A stretch of DNA of 64,000 nucleotides from Eledone cirrhosa (GCA_964016885.1 CAXHJY010000511.1:1-64000), one strand, 5' to 3'. Numbered from the stretch's first letter, positions 26,321 through 41,157 are shown. Numbers and translations are program-made. Notes: generated by a model from the sequence alone, not told the origin.

Positions 26321-27879
26321 GTGTATATGTATCTATCTATCTATCTAATTAGCTATGTATGTATGTATGTATGTATGTATGTATGTATGTATGTATGTAT
26401 GTATGTATGTATGTATGTATGTATGTATGTATGTATCTATCTATCTATCTATCTCACTAGCTATGTATGTATGTATGTATGTATGTATGTATGTATGTAT
26501 GTATGTATGTATGTATGTATGTATGTATGTGTATATGTATCTATCTATCTATCTAATTAGCTATCTATCTATGTATGTATGTACAAGTTCTTCGTACTCC
26601 TGGAGATGAGGGTTGCACATTTTTTTCGGGGGTATGTGTTAGCCATATAAACTGTCTGCCTCTATTGGGGAAAATCGACTAACTTTTAAATTCCATCTGT
26701 GATAACATTTTACACGTTTTTATTGTATGTAAACTTCCCCCTTTGTATTTGTCCCCTTCTTTTGTGCCCCTGTGGCTAATAAAGAAATATATCTATGTAT
26801 GTATGTATGTATGTATGTATGTATGTATGTATGTATCTATCTATCTATCTCACTAGCTATGTATGTATGTATGTATGTATGTATGTATGTATGTATGTAT
26901 GTATGTATGTATGTATGTATGTATGTATGTATGTATCTCACTAGCTATGTATGTATGTATGTATGTATGTATGTATGTATGTATGTATGTATGTATGCAT
27001 GTATGTATGTATGTATCTATCTATCTCACTAGCTATGTATGTATGTATGTATGTATGTATGTATGTATGTATGTATGTATGTATGTATGTATGTATGTAT
27101 GTGTATATATATATATATGCCAGTAACACCGACACAACCTCTCTACAACATCAACACTGTCATTCTCTGAATAATGTCTCTCCTAGTAACATTTACAAGA
27201 TGACCATTTGTAAATATCTTCACGTCATACGTGACCAATCAGGGATAGGTCTTGTGATTGCTGTCTATAAATATCTAATAATCGATATTTTCTTTATCCT
27301 TCGGATGGGGTCAATCTATGTCAATCTCAAATAATCGTTTAGTATCTGCCCGAATCGATCAATATCTATCTATCTATCCATCCATCAGTCTGTCTGCCTG
27401 TCTGCCTGTCTGTCTGTCTGTCTGTCTATTTATCCCCCCCCCCCTCCCCCCGTCCGTCCGTCTGTCTGTCTTTCTATCCATCTACCTGTCTCTCTCTCTC
27501 TCTCTCTTTCTCTCTCTCCCTATCTACTTATATATATATATAACCAGCAATTTCTCTGTCTGTCTGTCTGTCCGACAGTGGAAACACGTGCGTAGAGAGA
27601 GAGAGTGAGAGTGAAAGAAAGAGACAGACTACGAGAGGGGGATAGCGGGAGGGAGAGAGGGAGAGAGAGAGAGAGTGAATAGACGCTAAAACACGTGCTA
27701 CAGAAACATTACCTTCCCCTCTCCACTGACTTTGGTCACTGAGGCCGAGGGAATCGCGCTGAGCGCGTCATAATGACGTAATGCAGACAGCCAGACATAC
27801 AGACAGATATTATAAGGGCGCAACGTTATATCTATGTATCTATCTAAAAAGAAAGACTAAGAATTATATAGAGAGAACG

Positions 27880-28050
27880 CTAAATCGCCTAATGCGGTCC
27901 CTAGGGCATTGAAAATTTGAAATAATTTCAGCTCAAAACACTCACAGGACCATAAGTATTACATGTCTAAAGTTTGAAAACAATCGGTTCGATGGTTCTC
28001 AAGTTTTAGTGAGCTGACAGACAGACAGACATTCTGTTTTAGATATATAG
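27880..28050 (-). mobile_element. Helitron-like 5' segment
   Basis: Minus strand begins TCTATATATCTAAAA then (CTGT)n, directly after a CTAG end. Confidence 0.5.
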
Positions 28051-28183
28051 ACTAGCAGAAAACCGCCTACGGGTGGTTTTCTGCTAGTCTATATATCTAT
28101 TTTTTACACGACTGTATGTAAACTCCCCGGCATGTCTTTGTATTGTCCCCTTTTCTTGTTGCGCCCTTGTGGCTAATAAAGAA

Positions 28184-28244
<61 letters not shown>

Positions 28245-28265
28245 GATAGATAGATAGATAGATAG

Positions 28266-28885
28266 CACGCATTCATACACTGCCCGGGCGTCACTGACTT
28301 GTGGGGCTATGTAGAACGACTATTGTCGCGGGTGGGACCAATCCAGTTGACCACCGAGTCCATTGTCATGATCAAACCGCCACCCTCCTTCAAAAACGAA
28401 GGGGAGGCGGTTTTCCTTTGTGTGATAGCTATGGCGAAAGAGGTTGTATGGTGGACGAGGTTGAAAGGGCTGAGGTCAGACACCTTTCTCTCCGGCCAAC
28501 AACTGATTCTTTTTTTCAAATACCACTTTGGAAGAAGAATCAGGATGGAGAGAGAGGTGCTGTACCCCAGCAAGTTTTATGAAAGGTGGGTGAAAGTGGC
28601 GAGAATGGCCCGAGTGAATGGGCCTTCTCTCTATATCAGCCTGTAGGTTGAGGAAAAGGAGGAGGAGAGGAAAGGAGTACAAGCTCTTCGTACTCCTGGA
28701 GATGAGGGTTGCACATTTTTTTTCGGGGGTATGTGTTACCCATATAAACTGTCTCCCTCTATTGGGGAAAATCGACTAACTTTTAAATTCCATCTGTGAT
28801 AACATTTTACACGTTTTTATTGTATGTAAACTTCCCCCTTTGTATTTGTCCCCTTCTTTTGTGCCCCTGTGGCTAATAAAGAAAT
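28266..28885 (+). mobile_element. Tx1/L1-like LINE 3' end in (GATA)n; copies at 33052-33563 (-) and 26581-26790 (+)
   Basis: HAFIHCP...W, AKEVVWWTR, FYERW motifs; AATAAA then (ATCT)n tail. Confidence 0.75.
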
Positions 28886-28983
28886 ATATCTATCTATCTA
28901 TCTAGATAGTTAGCTATGTACCCCCTCTCCCCCTCTCTGTGTATTTGAATGGATACACGCGCACACAGACACATACACACATG

Positions 28984-29012
<29 letters not shown>

Positions 29013-29019
<7 letters not shown>

Positions 29020-29262
29020 ATACTTTGGGAGGGTCATGTTGCCAATAAGAAACACACGCACCAGTTAACCAACCAACCAGAAATTTATAAGTTTGTAAAT
29101 TTGTAAATTTATAAATTTATAAATATATAATAAATTGAAGTGAAAGCAACTGGTGCGTGTGTTTCTTATTGGCAACATGACCCTCCCAAAGTATAACAAT
29201 ATCGGTTTCAACACACGATTTCAGATAAAGAATCTTGCTAAACAAATTCAGAAACGAAATAT
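29013..29262. mobile_element. (TA)n-embedded fold-back (~54-bp arms) with one-sided tail; relatives at 53740-53780 and 54930-55143
   Basis: tattgttatactttgggagggtcat... inverted at 29148-29201. Confidence 0.75.
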
Positions 29263-29265
29263 ATA

Positions 29266-29300
<35 letters not shown>

Positions 29301-29305
<5 letters not shown>

Positions 29306-29480
29306 AAAATATATGACCCCAACGGCAGAGCTCAAGCCGTTTCGACGGCTAGTCCTGAAATAGCCGTCGAAACGGCTTGAGCTCTGTCGTCAGGGTCATA
29401 TTTTTTCCTATTACCCACTCTACTACCCTAAGTACTCTGGTGCGTTATGGTCCATCTGGTTCCTTACCACATTTCCTTTG

Positions 29481-29482
<2 letters not shown>
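29301..29482 (+). mobile_element. (TA)n-embedded fold-back, family H4; relatives at 35335-35440, 39781-39988, 46878-46980
   Basis: Inverted arms containing GAAACGGCTTGAGCTC, then an ACTC tail. Confidence 0.75.
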
Positions 29483-29545
<63 letters not shown>

Positions 29546-29574
29546 ATATATATTATATATATTATATATATATA

Positions 29575-29621
<47 letters not shown>

Positions 29622-29677
29622 ATATATATTATATATATATATATATTATATATATATATATATATTATATATATATA

Positions 29678-29725
<48 letters not shown>

Positions 29726-29783
29726 TACATATATTATATATATATATATATATTATATATATATATATATATAATATATATAC

Positions 29784-29824
<41 letters not shown>

Positions 29825-29833
29825 TACATATAT

Positions 29834-29864
<31 letters not shown>

Positions 29865-29867
29865 TAC

Positions 29868-29915
<48 letters not shown>

Positions 29916-30064
29916 TTATATATATATATAATATATATACATATATTATATATATATATTAATAAATATTTGCTCTAGGGTTCTTATATATTTGATATAT
30001 ATTTATCCTTATCGAGCTCTCTTTGGATTTTAGTCTTCAAATTTCTTATTACTATTATTACTAT

Positions 30065-30162
<98 letters not shown>

Positions 30163-31035
30163 ATTTAGCATTTTCATACTTGTAGGCTTAATGATTGCAT
30201 AAGACTTAAAAGTTATGTATTATATACTTGGAAATATACAAACAGAAGAGGATTATTCAGATTAAGATATAAAATCAAACTTTCTAGCACTCTTCACTAA
30301 GTTTCCCAAGTAGACATTGCTGCAATTGTCACCTAAGTAGATACTTAAGCCGTTCTTACAAGTATTTAATTCAAATATTCCTGCAACTAGATATTTCAAC
30401 AACTCACACAAGTGGCGTTCACTTGGAATAACTCCTACACCAAACTGTGAAGATTGTTCCGTTGGAAACATGTAACCAGCGACGCCATTCTTCACAAATC
30501 GGTCGATAAAATGTTAAATATCGTATTTCCCGGCGTCGAAGACGCTACTTTTTTCCCCCCTAAAATAAGCCTCAAAAATCTACCATGCGTCCTGGAGGCC
30601 GAAGGTTGCTTATTATTTTGTCGGACGCATATGCTTTGCAGCATAGAGTTACGGCCCTTTACGTTCTGAGTTCAAATCCCACCGAGGTGAACTTTGCCTT
30701 TCATCCTTACAGGGTCGATAAAATAAAGTACCATAATTGCTGGCCTTGTGCCAAAAGTAGAAACAATTTTTTTTTTTTTTTTTCAAATTTTTGGTTGTCA
30801 AAATTAGGGTGCGTCCTCGAGGACGAAGCGTCTTCAGCGCCGGGAAATATGGTAATTGTTTTCAGTTTAGACACAAAGCTGGACATTTTCGGGGGAAGGG
30901 AAAAGTCGATTAAATCTATCAATCTAGTACATTACTGGTACTTTATTTTATCAACTTTGGAACGATGAACGGCAACGTTGACACTGGCGAGATTTGAACT
31001 CAGAACGTAAAGAGCTTTAACCAAATACTATAGAG

Positions 31036-31783
31036 CAGTCATGTGACATTGAGGGTCGCCCGAGGGTCACAAGGGTCACATATGTGTTGTCTGAGGGTCA
31101 CAAGAGTCACATATGTGTTGTCTGAGGGTCACAAGGGTCACATATGTGTTGTCTGAAGGTCACAAGGGTCACATATGTGTTGTCTGAGGGTCACAAGGGT
31201 CACATATGTGTTGTCTGAGGGTCACAAGAGTCACATATGTGTTGTCTGAGGGTCACAAGGGTCACATATGTGTTGTCTGAGGGTCACAAGGGTCACATAT
31301 GTGTTGTCTGAGGGTCACAAGAGTCACATGTGTTGTCTGAGGATCACAAGGGTCACACATGTGTTGTCTGAGGGTCACAAGGGTCACATATGTGTTGTCT
31401 GAGGGTCACATATGTGTTGTCTAAGGGTCACAAGGGTCACATATGTGTTGTCTGAGGGTCACAAGAGTCACATATGTGTTGTCTGAGGGTCACAAGAGTC
31501 ACATATGTGTTGTCTGAGGGTCACAAGGGTCACATATGTGTTGTCTGAGGATCACAAGGGTCACACATGTGTTGTCTGAGGGTCACAAGGGTCACATATG
31601 TGTTGTCTGAGGGTCACAAGGGTCACATATGTGTTGTCTGAGGGTCATACACGACACCTAATCGCGCACACTACAACTACTTTTTTTCAATTTATATTAC
31701 AAAGATAAAACATGCTCGCGCTGTTAAAATCTGTGTGCAGGCCGCAAGTGTGCTTGTAAAGGGCCGCATGTTTGGCATGCCTG
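31036..31783. mobile_element. hAT-type MITE with ~30-bp internal tandem array (31060-31650)
   Basis: CAG...CTG ends; near-TSD CTATAGAG / CTGTAGAG. Confidence 0.8.
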
Positions 31784-31814
31784 CTGTAGAGCACTTTGTT
31801 CGGATTCTGACGGA

Positions 31815-32043
31815 ATAATTGTTTCTAATGTTGACAGAAGGCCAGAAATTTGAAGAGGGGGAGGAGTGAAGTCGACTAAATTGACCCCAGTACATTACTG
31901 GTACTTTATTTTATCGACCCCGTAAGGATGAAAGGCAAAACTAATCTTCGACGGGATTTGAACTCGGAACGTAAAGGACCGTAACTATGCGCAGGAGAGC
32001 AAGTTATCCGATGTTGTACCGATTCTGCCAATCTACAGCCCTT
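31815..32043 (-). mobile_element. S1 SINE
   Basis: Matches S1 consensus. Confidence 0.8.
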
Positions 32044-33051
32044 CCCTAACTTTATAATTGAAACATATAAGTGATGATGGGTAAACCTCTTCCATCAAAG
32101 AAACTGAACGGTGATGGTGGGCGGCTTTACTTGTGAACCAACTGGAAAGTATTTGCAATAGGACATATGTATGGCAATTACATTCATTGAATTGTCTTGC
32201 TTAAAGAACGAAAAAAAAGTAGAGAAAATTGTGAAGGAATTTAATCTGCTTGAGATGTATTTTTTAAAATAAAAATCACTTTTGCGACATTTTTTCTTCT
32301 GTCTGGTGCATTAATGAAAAAAAAAAGAAAACGAAAATCAATTTTGATTCGTAGTGTCATTTAATCCTTGTCACTCAACACAGAATAATTAATTAAAAAT
32401 ACACAGATTTTCACAGTTGAGAAAAAAAAAAAAAAAAAAAGGAAAAAATATACCAATAAATAAATAGGTAAATAAATAAATAAATAAAAGACAATTTCTG
32501 TGGAAAAAATTTTCGAAAAGAAAATGAAATTATTTGAACTGAAAGATTAATTATTATTTTTTTTTTAATTTCTGGAAATGTTCTTGAAGAGGTGAATAGA
32601 TAATAACTTGTAGATAATCGATCTTCTGATCCACTAAATATGGGGGTGATATGGGGGTGGGAGGTGGTGTGGTGGGAGTGGGGCGGTTGACACTTTATTT
32701 GGAGTTTGTTCTCTATGTATGGTGTGTCTATATGTATGGTGTGTCTATATGCATGGTATGTCTATATATATGGTATGACTGTATGTATGGTATGTCTATA
32801 TATATGGTGTGTCTGTATGTATGGTGTGTCTGTATGTATGGTGTGTCTGTATGTATGGTGTGTCTATATGCATGGTATGTCTATATATATGGTATGTCTG
32901 TATGTATGGACCTGTAACTCCTGATGGAGTCGTGGCGCTGTTGTAGTGACGTATGCTACCGTGTATTGGGCATTTAAAACCCTGGCGGAGACTAATCTCT
33001 CTCTTCAGGTCTGAACAAAGGCAAGAGAGAGAGAAAGAGATAGATAGATAG

Positions 33052-33563
33052 ATATATTTCTTTATTAGCCACAGGGGCACAAAAGAAGGGGACAAATACA
33101 AAGGGGGAAGTTTACATACAATAAAAACGTGTAAAATGTTATCACAGATGGAATTTAAAAGTTAGTCGATTTTCCCCAATAGAGGGAGACAGTTTATATG
33201 GGTAACACATACCCCCGAAAAAAAATGTGCAACCCTCATCTCCAGGAGTACGAAGAGCTTGTACTCCTTTCCTCTCCTCCTCCTTTTCCTCAACCTACAG
33301 GCTGATATAGAGAGAAGGCCCATTCACTCGGGCCATTCTCGCCACTTTCACCCACCTTTCATAAAACTTGCTGGGGTACAGCACCTCTCTCTCCATCCTG
33401 ATTCTTCTTCCAAAGTGGTATTTGAAAAAAAGAATCAGTTGTTGGCCGGAGAGAAAGGTGTCTGACCTCAGCCCTTTCAACCTTGTCCACCATACAACCT
33501 CTTTCGCCATAGCTATCACACAAAGGAAAACCGCCTCTCCTTCGTTTTTGAAGGAGGGTGGCG
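33052..33563 (-). mobile_element. Tx1/L1-like LINE 3' end in (GATA)n
   Basis: Near-identical inverted copy of 28379-28885. Confidence 0.78.
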
Positions 33564-33609
<46 letters not shown>

Positions 33610-33704
33610 CATAGAGAGAGAGAGAGAGAGAGAGCGAGAGAGTTAACGTTTCCTCACCCCTAGGCTATGTCCAATTTGTTAAGTCACAGTTGTACAATTT
33701 TCTA

Positions 33705-34255
33705 ACTTGAATAGCTGTTGTTTCGCTATTGAAACAGCGCATCAACTGAGCCGAGTTTCAACTGAACAGCTCACCAGCTGAGTAGAATCTCAATTGAATA
33801 GCTCACCAGCTGAGTTAAGTATTACCTGAATAGCTCAGCAACTGAGCAGAATCTCAACTGAATAGTTTACTAACTGAGCTGAGTCTTAACAGAACAGCTC
33901 ACCAAGCTGAGCTGAGTCTCACACGAAGAGCTCAGCTGAATAGAGTCACAACTGAACAGCTCTCTTGCTGATCCGCTGCAATACCTTCAACTAAGATTGC
34001 GACTGTTTTTCGTATGTCTTAAATAAACAGCGAATCAACTGAACCGAGTTTCAACTGAACAGCTCTTGCTGATTCGCTGCAATATCTTCGACCAAGATTG
34101 CGACTGTGCTCCGTGTGTCTTAAATAAACAGCTCATCAACTGATCCGAGTTTCAACTGAACAGCTCTCTTGCTTATTCACTGATCCTCTGCAATATTTTC
34201 AACTAAGATGGCAACTTTTCTTCGTATGTCTTAAATAAACAGCTCAGCAACTAAG
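33705..34255. repeat. Degenerate repeat rich in CAACTGAACAGCTC motifs
   Basis: Recurring motif at ~30- and ~110-bp spacings. Confidence 0.7.
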
Positions 34256-34618
34256 ACACCTGCTATGTCACTGTTAAATATTTTTTACAATTAGACTATA
34301 GCCATACTGCAATAGATAAGGAGTAAGATGAAATTAACGATAATATCGTTACTCTTATCTGAAATTGTTCAGAGTTGATTGCTAGAGCTGACAAAAAAAA
34401 AAAGAACTGCTCGAAAATGAATGACAAAAAGAAAAAAAAATTAACAAAAAGAGAAAGAAAAAGATAAAAATACACTCCTCCTCCTAAAAAAAAAAGAATT
34501 AGTCAGTGAGTCAATAAAAAGAAGACATGTTACATTCATAAAACATTTTGTACTTCAGTAAATTTCCACACACTCAAGAGGAGATAATTGCATTGAATAT
34601 ATATTTCTTGTAATATTA

Positions 34619-34664
<46 letters not shown>

Positions 34665-34835
34665 TGGTATATATGTATATGTATGTGTGTGTATATATAT
34701 ATACATATATATATATACATATATATATATACATATATATATATACATATATATATACACATATATATATATACATATATATATATAAATATATATATAC
34801 ACATATATATATATAAATATATATATACACATATA

Positions 34836-34879
<44 letters not shown>

Positions 34880-35302
34880 TTCATATGTGTGTGTGTATAA
34901 AACATAAATACATACACGATTGAAAGTTAATTGGAATCCTGTTACCTGGGATAATAAATAACTAAAATAATAGTTGGTAGTGAAGACAAAGAAGTTGAAG
35001 CAGGGAGAGAGAGATGGGGGGGGGGTAAGCAGGGAGAGAGAGGGGGAGGTAAGAAGAGATAGGGGAGAGAGAGGGGAGAGATAAGAAGAGATAGGGAAGA
35101 GAGAGGGGGAGAGGTAAGGAGGGAGAGAGAGGGTGAGGTAAGAAGGGGGAGAGGTAAGAAGAGAGAGATAGGGGCGGAGAGGGAGACTATAAGGAGAGGG
35201 GAGAGAGGAGAGAGTTTTGGTTTCTTAGAATTTTCTGGTGAATACTTATTTTCCATGCAATGGAAAGTGTATATGTATATATATATATATATATATATGT
35301 GC

Positions 35303-35338
<36 letters not shown>

Positions 35339-35438
35339 AAGTATGACCCCCGACGGCAGAGCTCAAGCCGTTTCGACGGCTATTTCTGGACTCTGAGTCC
35401 AGTTATGGTCCATCTGGTTCCTTACCACAATTCCTTTG

Positions 35439-35498
<60 letters not shown>

Positions 35499-35506
35499 TA
35501 TAATAT

Positions 35507-35537
<31 letters not shown>

Positions 35538-35538
35538 T

Positions 35539-35569
<31 letters not shown>

Positions 35570-35666
35570 ATATATATATATTATATATATATATATATAA
35601 TATATATATATTATATATATATATTATATTTCGCTTTTTCTACCAGCCGAAATACGATTCTCGCTG

Positions 35667-35702
<36 letters not shown>

Positions 35703-35978
35703 CCGTGTGTTATGTATTTGAAAATTTTTAGATGAAAAAAGAAGCAGATTGATAGAGTTTTTCCTGATTGGAAGAAAATCTAATTTAGATAATTGCTAAT
35801 GATAATTTCGATAATAACTAACAAGACAAAATGAATATCTCGAATGTTCTATATCTTGTTTTGGTATTTTTTCGAATTTTCAAATAAAATGTTTTCCGAC
35901 TCTAATCTTTTCCAGTACCAGTAACTCTCTTCGTATAAACATTTTCACACATACATACATACATACATACATACATAC

Positions 35979-36355
35979 ATGGTGGCTGCCAACTCGTTTT
36001 CGAGTACGGCCACTACTTTATATCCATGTAGGAGAACTCCTACCGATACGCTGAACGAGTGTGACTTTTTAGTCCAGTTAGCAACTTGAAAACTCTGGTA
36101 CAAACACTACACTTGTGATAATGATTGACACATAGTGCTGGGCCCATGGTACCATGTGACGACAAGTGCAGAGAGATCTCCAGATATAAAGCAATGCCTG
36201 TGCCGTGAAGCTTTTATAGTGAGCAAAGGCACTGCACAAAGCCAGTCCCACTCTCTTAACCAAGATGATATTTACCAAAAAGAAGAACAAGTCAACATCA
36301 TTGGATACCATCAGGGTTGCAGGTGTTATATCAGAGTTTTCCTTCTCCTAGAATT
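35979..36355 (-). mobile_element. RN element, 5'-truncated
   Basis: Matches 48058-48435. Confidence 0.85.
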
Positions 36356-36411
36356 CATACATACATACATACATACATACATACATACATACATACATAC
36401 ATACATACATA

Positions 36412-36862
36412 GAAAATAAAAACTGCCACCAAATTAAAGCACAACCGGCCTGATATTGTTGGGGACAACACATTGAAAACGTGTTCTGTTGTGGAGATCA
36501 GCTGCCCACTTGATGTAAACGTTGTCAGAAAAATACAGGAGAAGGAGGACATCTACGGACCATTGATGAGGAGTTTACAAATCCAGTATCCAAGATACAC
36601 CTTTAGCTTCATACCCATCATTATTGGAGCTACGGGTTATATACCAACCCGCTTGGACCAAAGTATGACTGAACTTGGATTTGCGGTCAAAAAGCGCAGT
36701 TCCCTAATTCATAGTCTACAAATGGCAGCAATAGCTGGCACCTTCAACATTTGCAAAACATTTTTGCGATTCAAAGGATGACAATTTCTTTTCTTTTACA
36801 ACCTTGCCACCAGGAAGGTGGCCGGTCAAAAAAATATACTCGAAATTAAGAGAAAGAGATAA
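36412..36862 (+). mobile_element. R4-like element 3' end with REL endonuclease
   Basis: HNRPDIV...VEISCPLDVNVVRKIQEKEDIY (PD-E-K-Y) and PIIIGATG; (CATA)n tail. Confidence 0.85.
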
Positions 36863-36900
36863 CATATATACATACATACATACATACATACATACATACA

Positions 36901-36933
<33 letters not shown>

Positions 36934-37047
36934 TCATACATATACTGTATACATACATACATATATTCATACATATACTGTATACATACATACATATATT
37001 CATACATATACTGTATACATACATACATATATTCATACATATACTGT

Positions 37048-37141
<94 letters not shown>

Positions 37142-37358
37142 ATATCCCCTCCCCCCAATAACTTCCTTTAGTTATTGACGCACTGGAGCTAGATATGTTG
37201 TCTTTAATGCGTAGAAATGTCCATGATCTCCAGCAGACAACTGATGAAGGAAAACGGGGTTAATTTTCCTTCATCAGTTGTCTGCTGGAGATCATGGATA
37301 TGTTGATTTAAAACTTGCACTATCCACAAGTGTTTTTAACCTTCATATCATGTCCTCA

Positions 37359-37429
37359 TATTTTATCTGATGAAAACACAAATGTTATTGCATGATGATA
37401 TTTGTTTTTGAAATGCGCATAATAAAATA
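37359..37429 (+). ncRNA. Hammerhead H1, in an element (37300-37553) that keeps its tail
   Basis: Perfect 8-bp stem I TATTTTAT/ATAAAATA, canonical core. Confidence 0.88.
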
Positions 37430-37552
37430 CATGGAACTCATTTAACCATCTTTTGATCTTATATATTATGTATACTCCGGTCCTACAAACTGTAGAGTGC
37501 TTCTTATCCGATATCTGCATTGCTTTATTGTACTACAATAAAACTCACCTCC

Positions 37553-37627
<75 letters not shown>

Positions 37628-37835
37628 CAACAACAAAAGTTAATTCGCAACGTCAGCAAAGAGAATAACACAAACGAGAAAGGAAATAAGCGACAGCATA
37701 AGTTGGCTTATTATGGAAGATAACGGAAAACGTTGGGTAATGGTTTCTTTCATTGCACTACAGTTGTTGTTGTTGTTGTGGTGGTTGTTGTTATTATTAT
37801 TGTTGCTATTATAATTACCATTATTATTATTATTG

Positions 37836-38045
37836 TTCTTTGAGTCTCAGTCATTGATGTTAGTTAACTGGAAAGTTTGTTGAAATGAATATCAAGCCAC
37901 TACCTGCAGCCTCAGATATTCAGGACGTATCGGAGGGTTCTTGTTGTTCCCAGCAAGCATGCCTTTTGAAGTATTCCAAAGAGCGGGGCGGGGCCAATTT
38001 TCTTTCACCATCCCTGGAAACTTTTTGAGATAGTACCTAGTGCGC
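37836..38045 (-). mobile_element. R4-like 3' end inserted in (AAT)n
   Basis: ALGTISK...LQKACLLGTTRTLRYVLNI on minus strand. Confidence 0.7.
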
Positions 38046-38119
<74 letters not shown>

Positions 38120-38330
38120 CATTATTTTCTTTGTTGAATCACGTTGACAACAACAACAACATTAACAATAAATAAAATAACATAAAATGAAATAGAACGA
38201 AATAAAGGTAAAAAAAAAATATATATATATCGTATAACTTTCATTGATGAATAGGCAAATAAATAAATAAATAAATACATCAATATAAACATAAATAGAC
38301 AAATATATCATTAATATACAACATGAATAG

Positions 38331-38379
<49 letters not shown>

Positions 38380-38395
38380 ATATAATATATATATG

Positions 38396-38442
<47 letters not shown>

Positions 38443-38443
<1 letters not shown>

Positions 38444-38988
38444 GTAGGAGGTGAGTTTTATTGTAGTACAATAAAGCAATGCAGATATCGGATAAGAAGC
38501 ACTCTACAGTTTGTGGGACTGGAGTATGCATAATATAAGATCAAAAGATGGTTAAAGGAGTTCAATATATTTTATTATGCGCATTTCAAAAACAAACATC
38601 ATCAAACAATAATATTTGTGTTTTCATCAGATAAAACAGGAGAACATGATATGAAGGCTAAAAAAACACTTGTTGATAGTGCAGTTTTAAATCAACATAT
38701 GAAAAGTGGTTTTAGATTGATGTGTGATATTGGGAAAAATATTTTAAAATATTTTTTAAATATTTTTTTTTAAATATTTTAAAATATTTTTCCCAATATC
38801 ACACATCAATCTAAAACCACTTTTCATATGTTGATTTAAAACTGCACTATCAACAAGTGTTTTTTTAGCCTTCATATCATGTTCTCCTGTTTTATCTGAT
38901 GAAAACACAAATATTATTGTTTGATGATGTTTGTTTTTGAAATGCGCATAATAAAATATATTGAACTCCTTTAACCATCTTTTGATCT

Positions 38989-38998
<10 letters not shown>
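38443..38998. mobile_element. H1 fold-back with ~225-bp arms; hammerheads at 38568-38638 (-) and 38888-38958 (+)
   Basis: Inverted repeat centred near 38765, tail on left only, (TA)n both sides. Confidence 0.9.
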
Positions 38999-39035
<37 letters not shown>

Positions 39036-39062
39036 TATATTACACACACACATATATATATA

Positions 39063-39207
<145 letters not shown>

Positions 39208-39355
39208 TACATATATATATATATGTGTATATATCAAATTGAGTTTGATTTATTTTCCCATATCTTACGTTAAATATTTTCCATTTTGACGTTATAGTCA
39301 CTTATATATTATGAAATACTGTTGGCTTCTTGCTCACATTAATTTCTCTACTTTC

Positions 39356-39386
<31 letters not shown>

Positions 39387-39709
39387 GAGAAGAAAGAATA
39401 CTGCGTGGTTGCACATGGGTTACATATGATAAAAATAGTCCTTCGTCAGTGATTTTCCAACCTCCATTGGTATTTCATCGCTTTAAAAATCATATACCTC
39501 CGGTTGGTGCGAGCAATAGCTAAATAAAGCTATTGGGACAAGTAAATCGCGTAAAGCGGACGAGACAAGTAAACAAACATGGAAGGATTGACAGCAACGC
39601 AAAGATAGGAAAAAACAAGCAACATGGTTATCCGGTCAGCTTTAGCTGGGTGGATTTCATGAGCGAGCGGGATACAGACCATCCGACGTGAGTGATGGTT
39701 TGTATCTCG

Positions 39710-39785
<76 letters not shown>

Positions 39786-39987
39786 AACGAGTAGGACCCC
39801 GACGGCTGAGCTCAAGCCGTTTCGACGGCTAATTCTGGACATTATTAGCCGTCCAGAATTAGCCGTCGAAACGGCTTGAGCTCAGCCGTCGGAGTCCTAC
39901 TCGTTCCTATTACCCACTCTACTACCCTAAGTATTGAGTACTTTGGTGCGTTATGGTCCACCTGGTTCCTTACCACATTTCCTTCGT

Positions 39988-40019
<32 letters not shown>

Positions 40020-40127
40020 TAAAAGGAAAAGAAAATGCTGACAAATTGTTCCCAGTGAAAAATAGTTTAATTAGGAATAAGTAAAAATTAGTAATATGTA
40101 TTGGTTAGTATTCAGTTTTGGTTTTAA

Positions 40128-40165
40128 GTTTTACCGGTTGCGCATTTCTAATGCTTTTCAAAAAT
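40128..40165 (-). ncRNA. Decayed U3-A8 variant hammerhead
   Basis: TTT-TTGAAAA-GCAT tagaa ATGC-GCAA-CCGG-TA-AAA. Confidence 0.5.
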
Positions 40166-40196
40166 AATTTTGAGATAGAGCGCCCGTCTATTCTTT

Positions 40197-40242
<46 letters not shown>

Positions 40243-40245
<3 letters not shown>

Positions 40246-40557
40246 GATATTAACAAATGGAAACTATATTTATAAAACCATATTTATTTTATTATACATA
40301 TTTCAAGGACACCACGTTAAATTATGGTGTGCTAGATCAGTTTTATATAAAACTGATCTATATTGTATTTTGTCTGATGAAAGCACACCATAATTTAACG
40401 TGGTGTCCTCGAAATATGTATAATAAAATAAATATGGTTTTATAAATATAGTTTCCATTTGTTAATATCGTATGTTTACTCCAAATACTTGTTGAGTGCT
40501 TTATATCAGTTATAAAAATATTTGCTTGTTGAATCCCAACAATTTAAATAGAACTTT

Positions 40558-40560
<3 letters not shown>
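40243..40560 (+). mobile_element. Family H2 fold-back with hammerhead at 40366-40430
   Basis: TATTTTGT-CTGATGA-(ACACCA/TGGTGT)-GAAA-TATGTA-TA-ATAAAATA; inverted arm 40243-40333. Confidence 0.85.
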
Positions 40561-40597
<37 letters not shown>

Positions 40598-40665
40598 ATG
40601 TGTGTTCGTATATATAATGTTCGTGTGTGTATGTGTGTGTCAGTGTGTGTGCCTGTGTGTGACTG

Positions 40666-40739
<74 letters not shown>

Positions 40740-40970
40740 GAAATGAAAGGAGAGAAGAGAAAATTTATGCATTGAATCAAACTTTTATAATAGCTTGAAA
40801 AGGTAAAATGATCTTTTCACATCGATCTTTCTGTATGGAATTGATATGTGTATATGTATGAGCATGTGGATATGTATATATATATGTATATGTATATATA
40901 TATATCTATGTGTATGTGTATATGGATGTGAATTTCGATATGCATGTATATATACCACGCACAGACACTC

Positions 40971-41009
<39 letters not shown>

Positions 41010-41055
41010 GCATAATATATATATATATATTATATATATATATATATTATATATA

Positions 41056-41157
<102 letters not shown>

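Noticed and set aside
30446-30478. TGAAGA...GAAACATGTA as a hammerhead
   Set aside because: Stems I and II do not pair.
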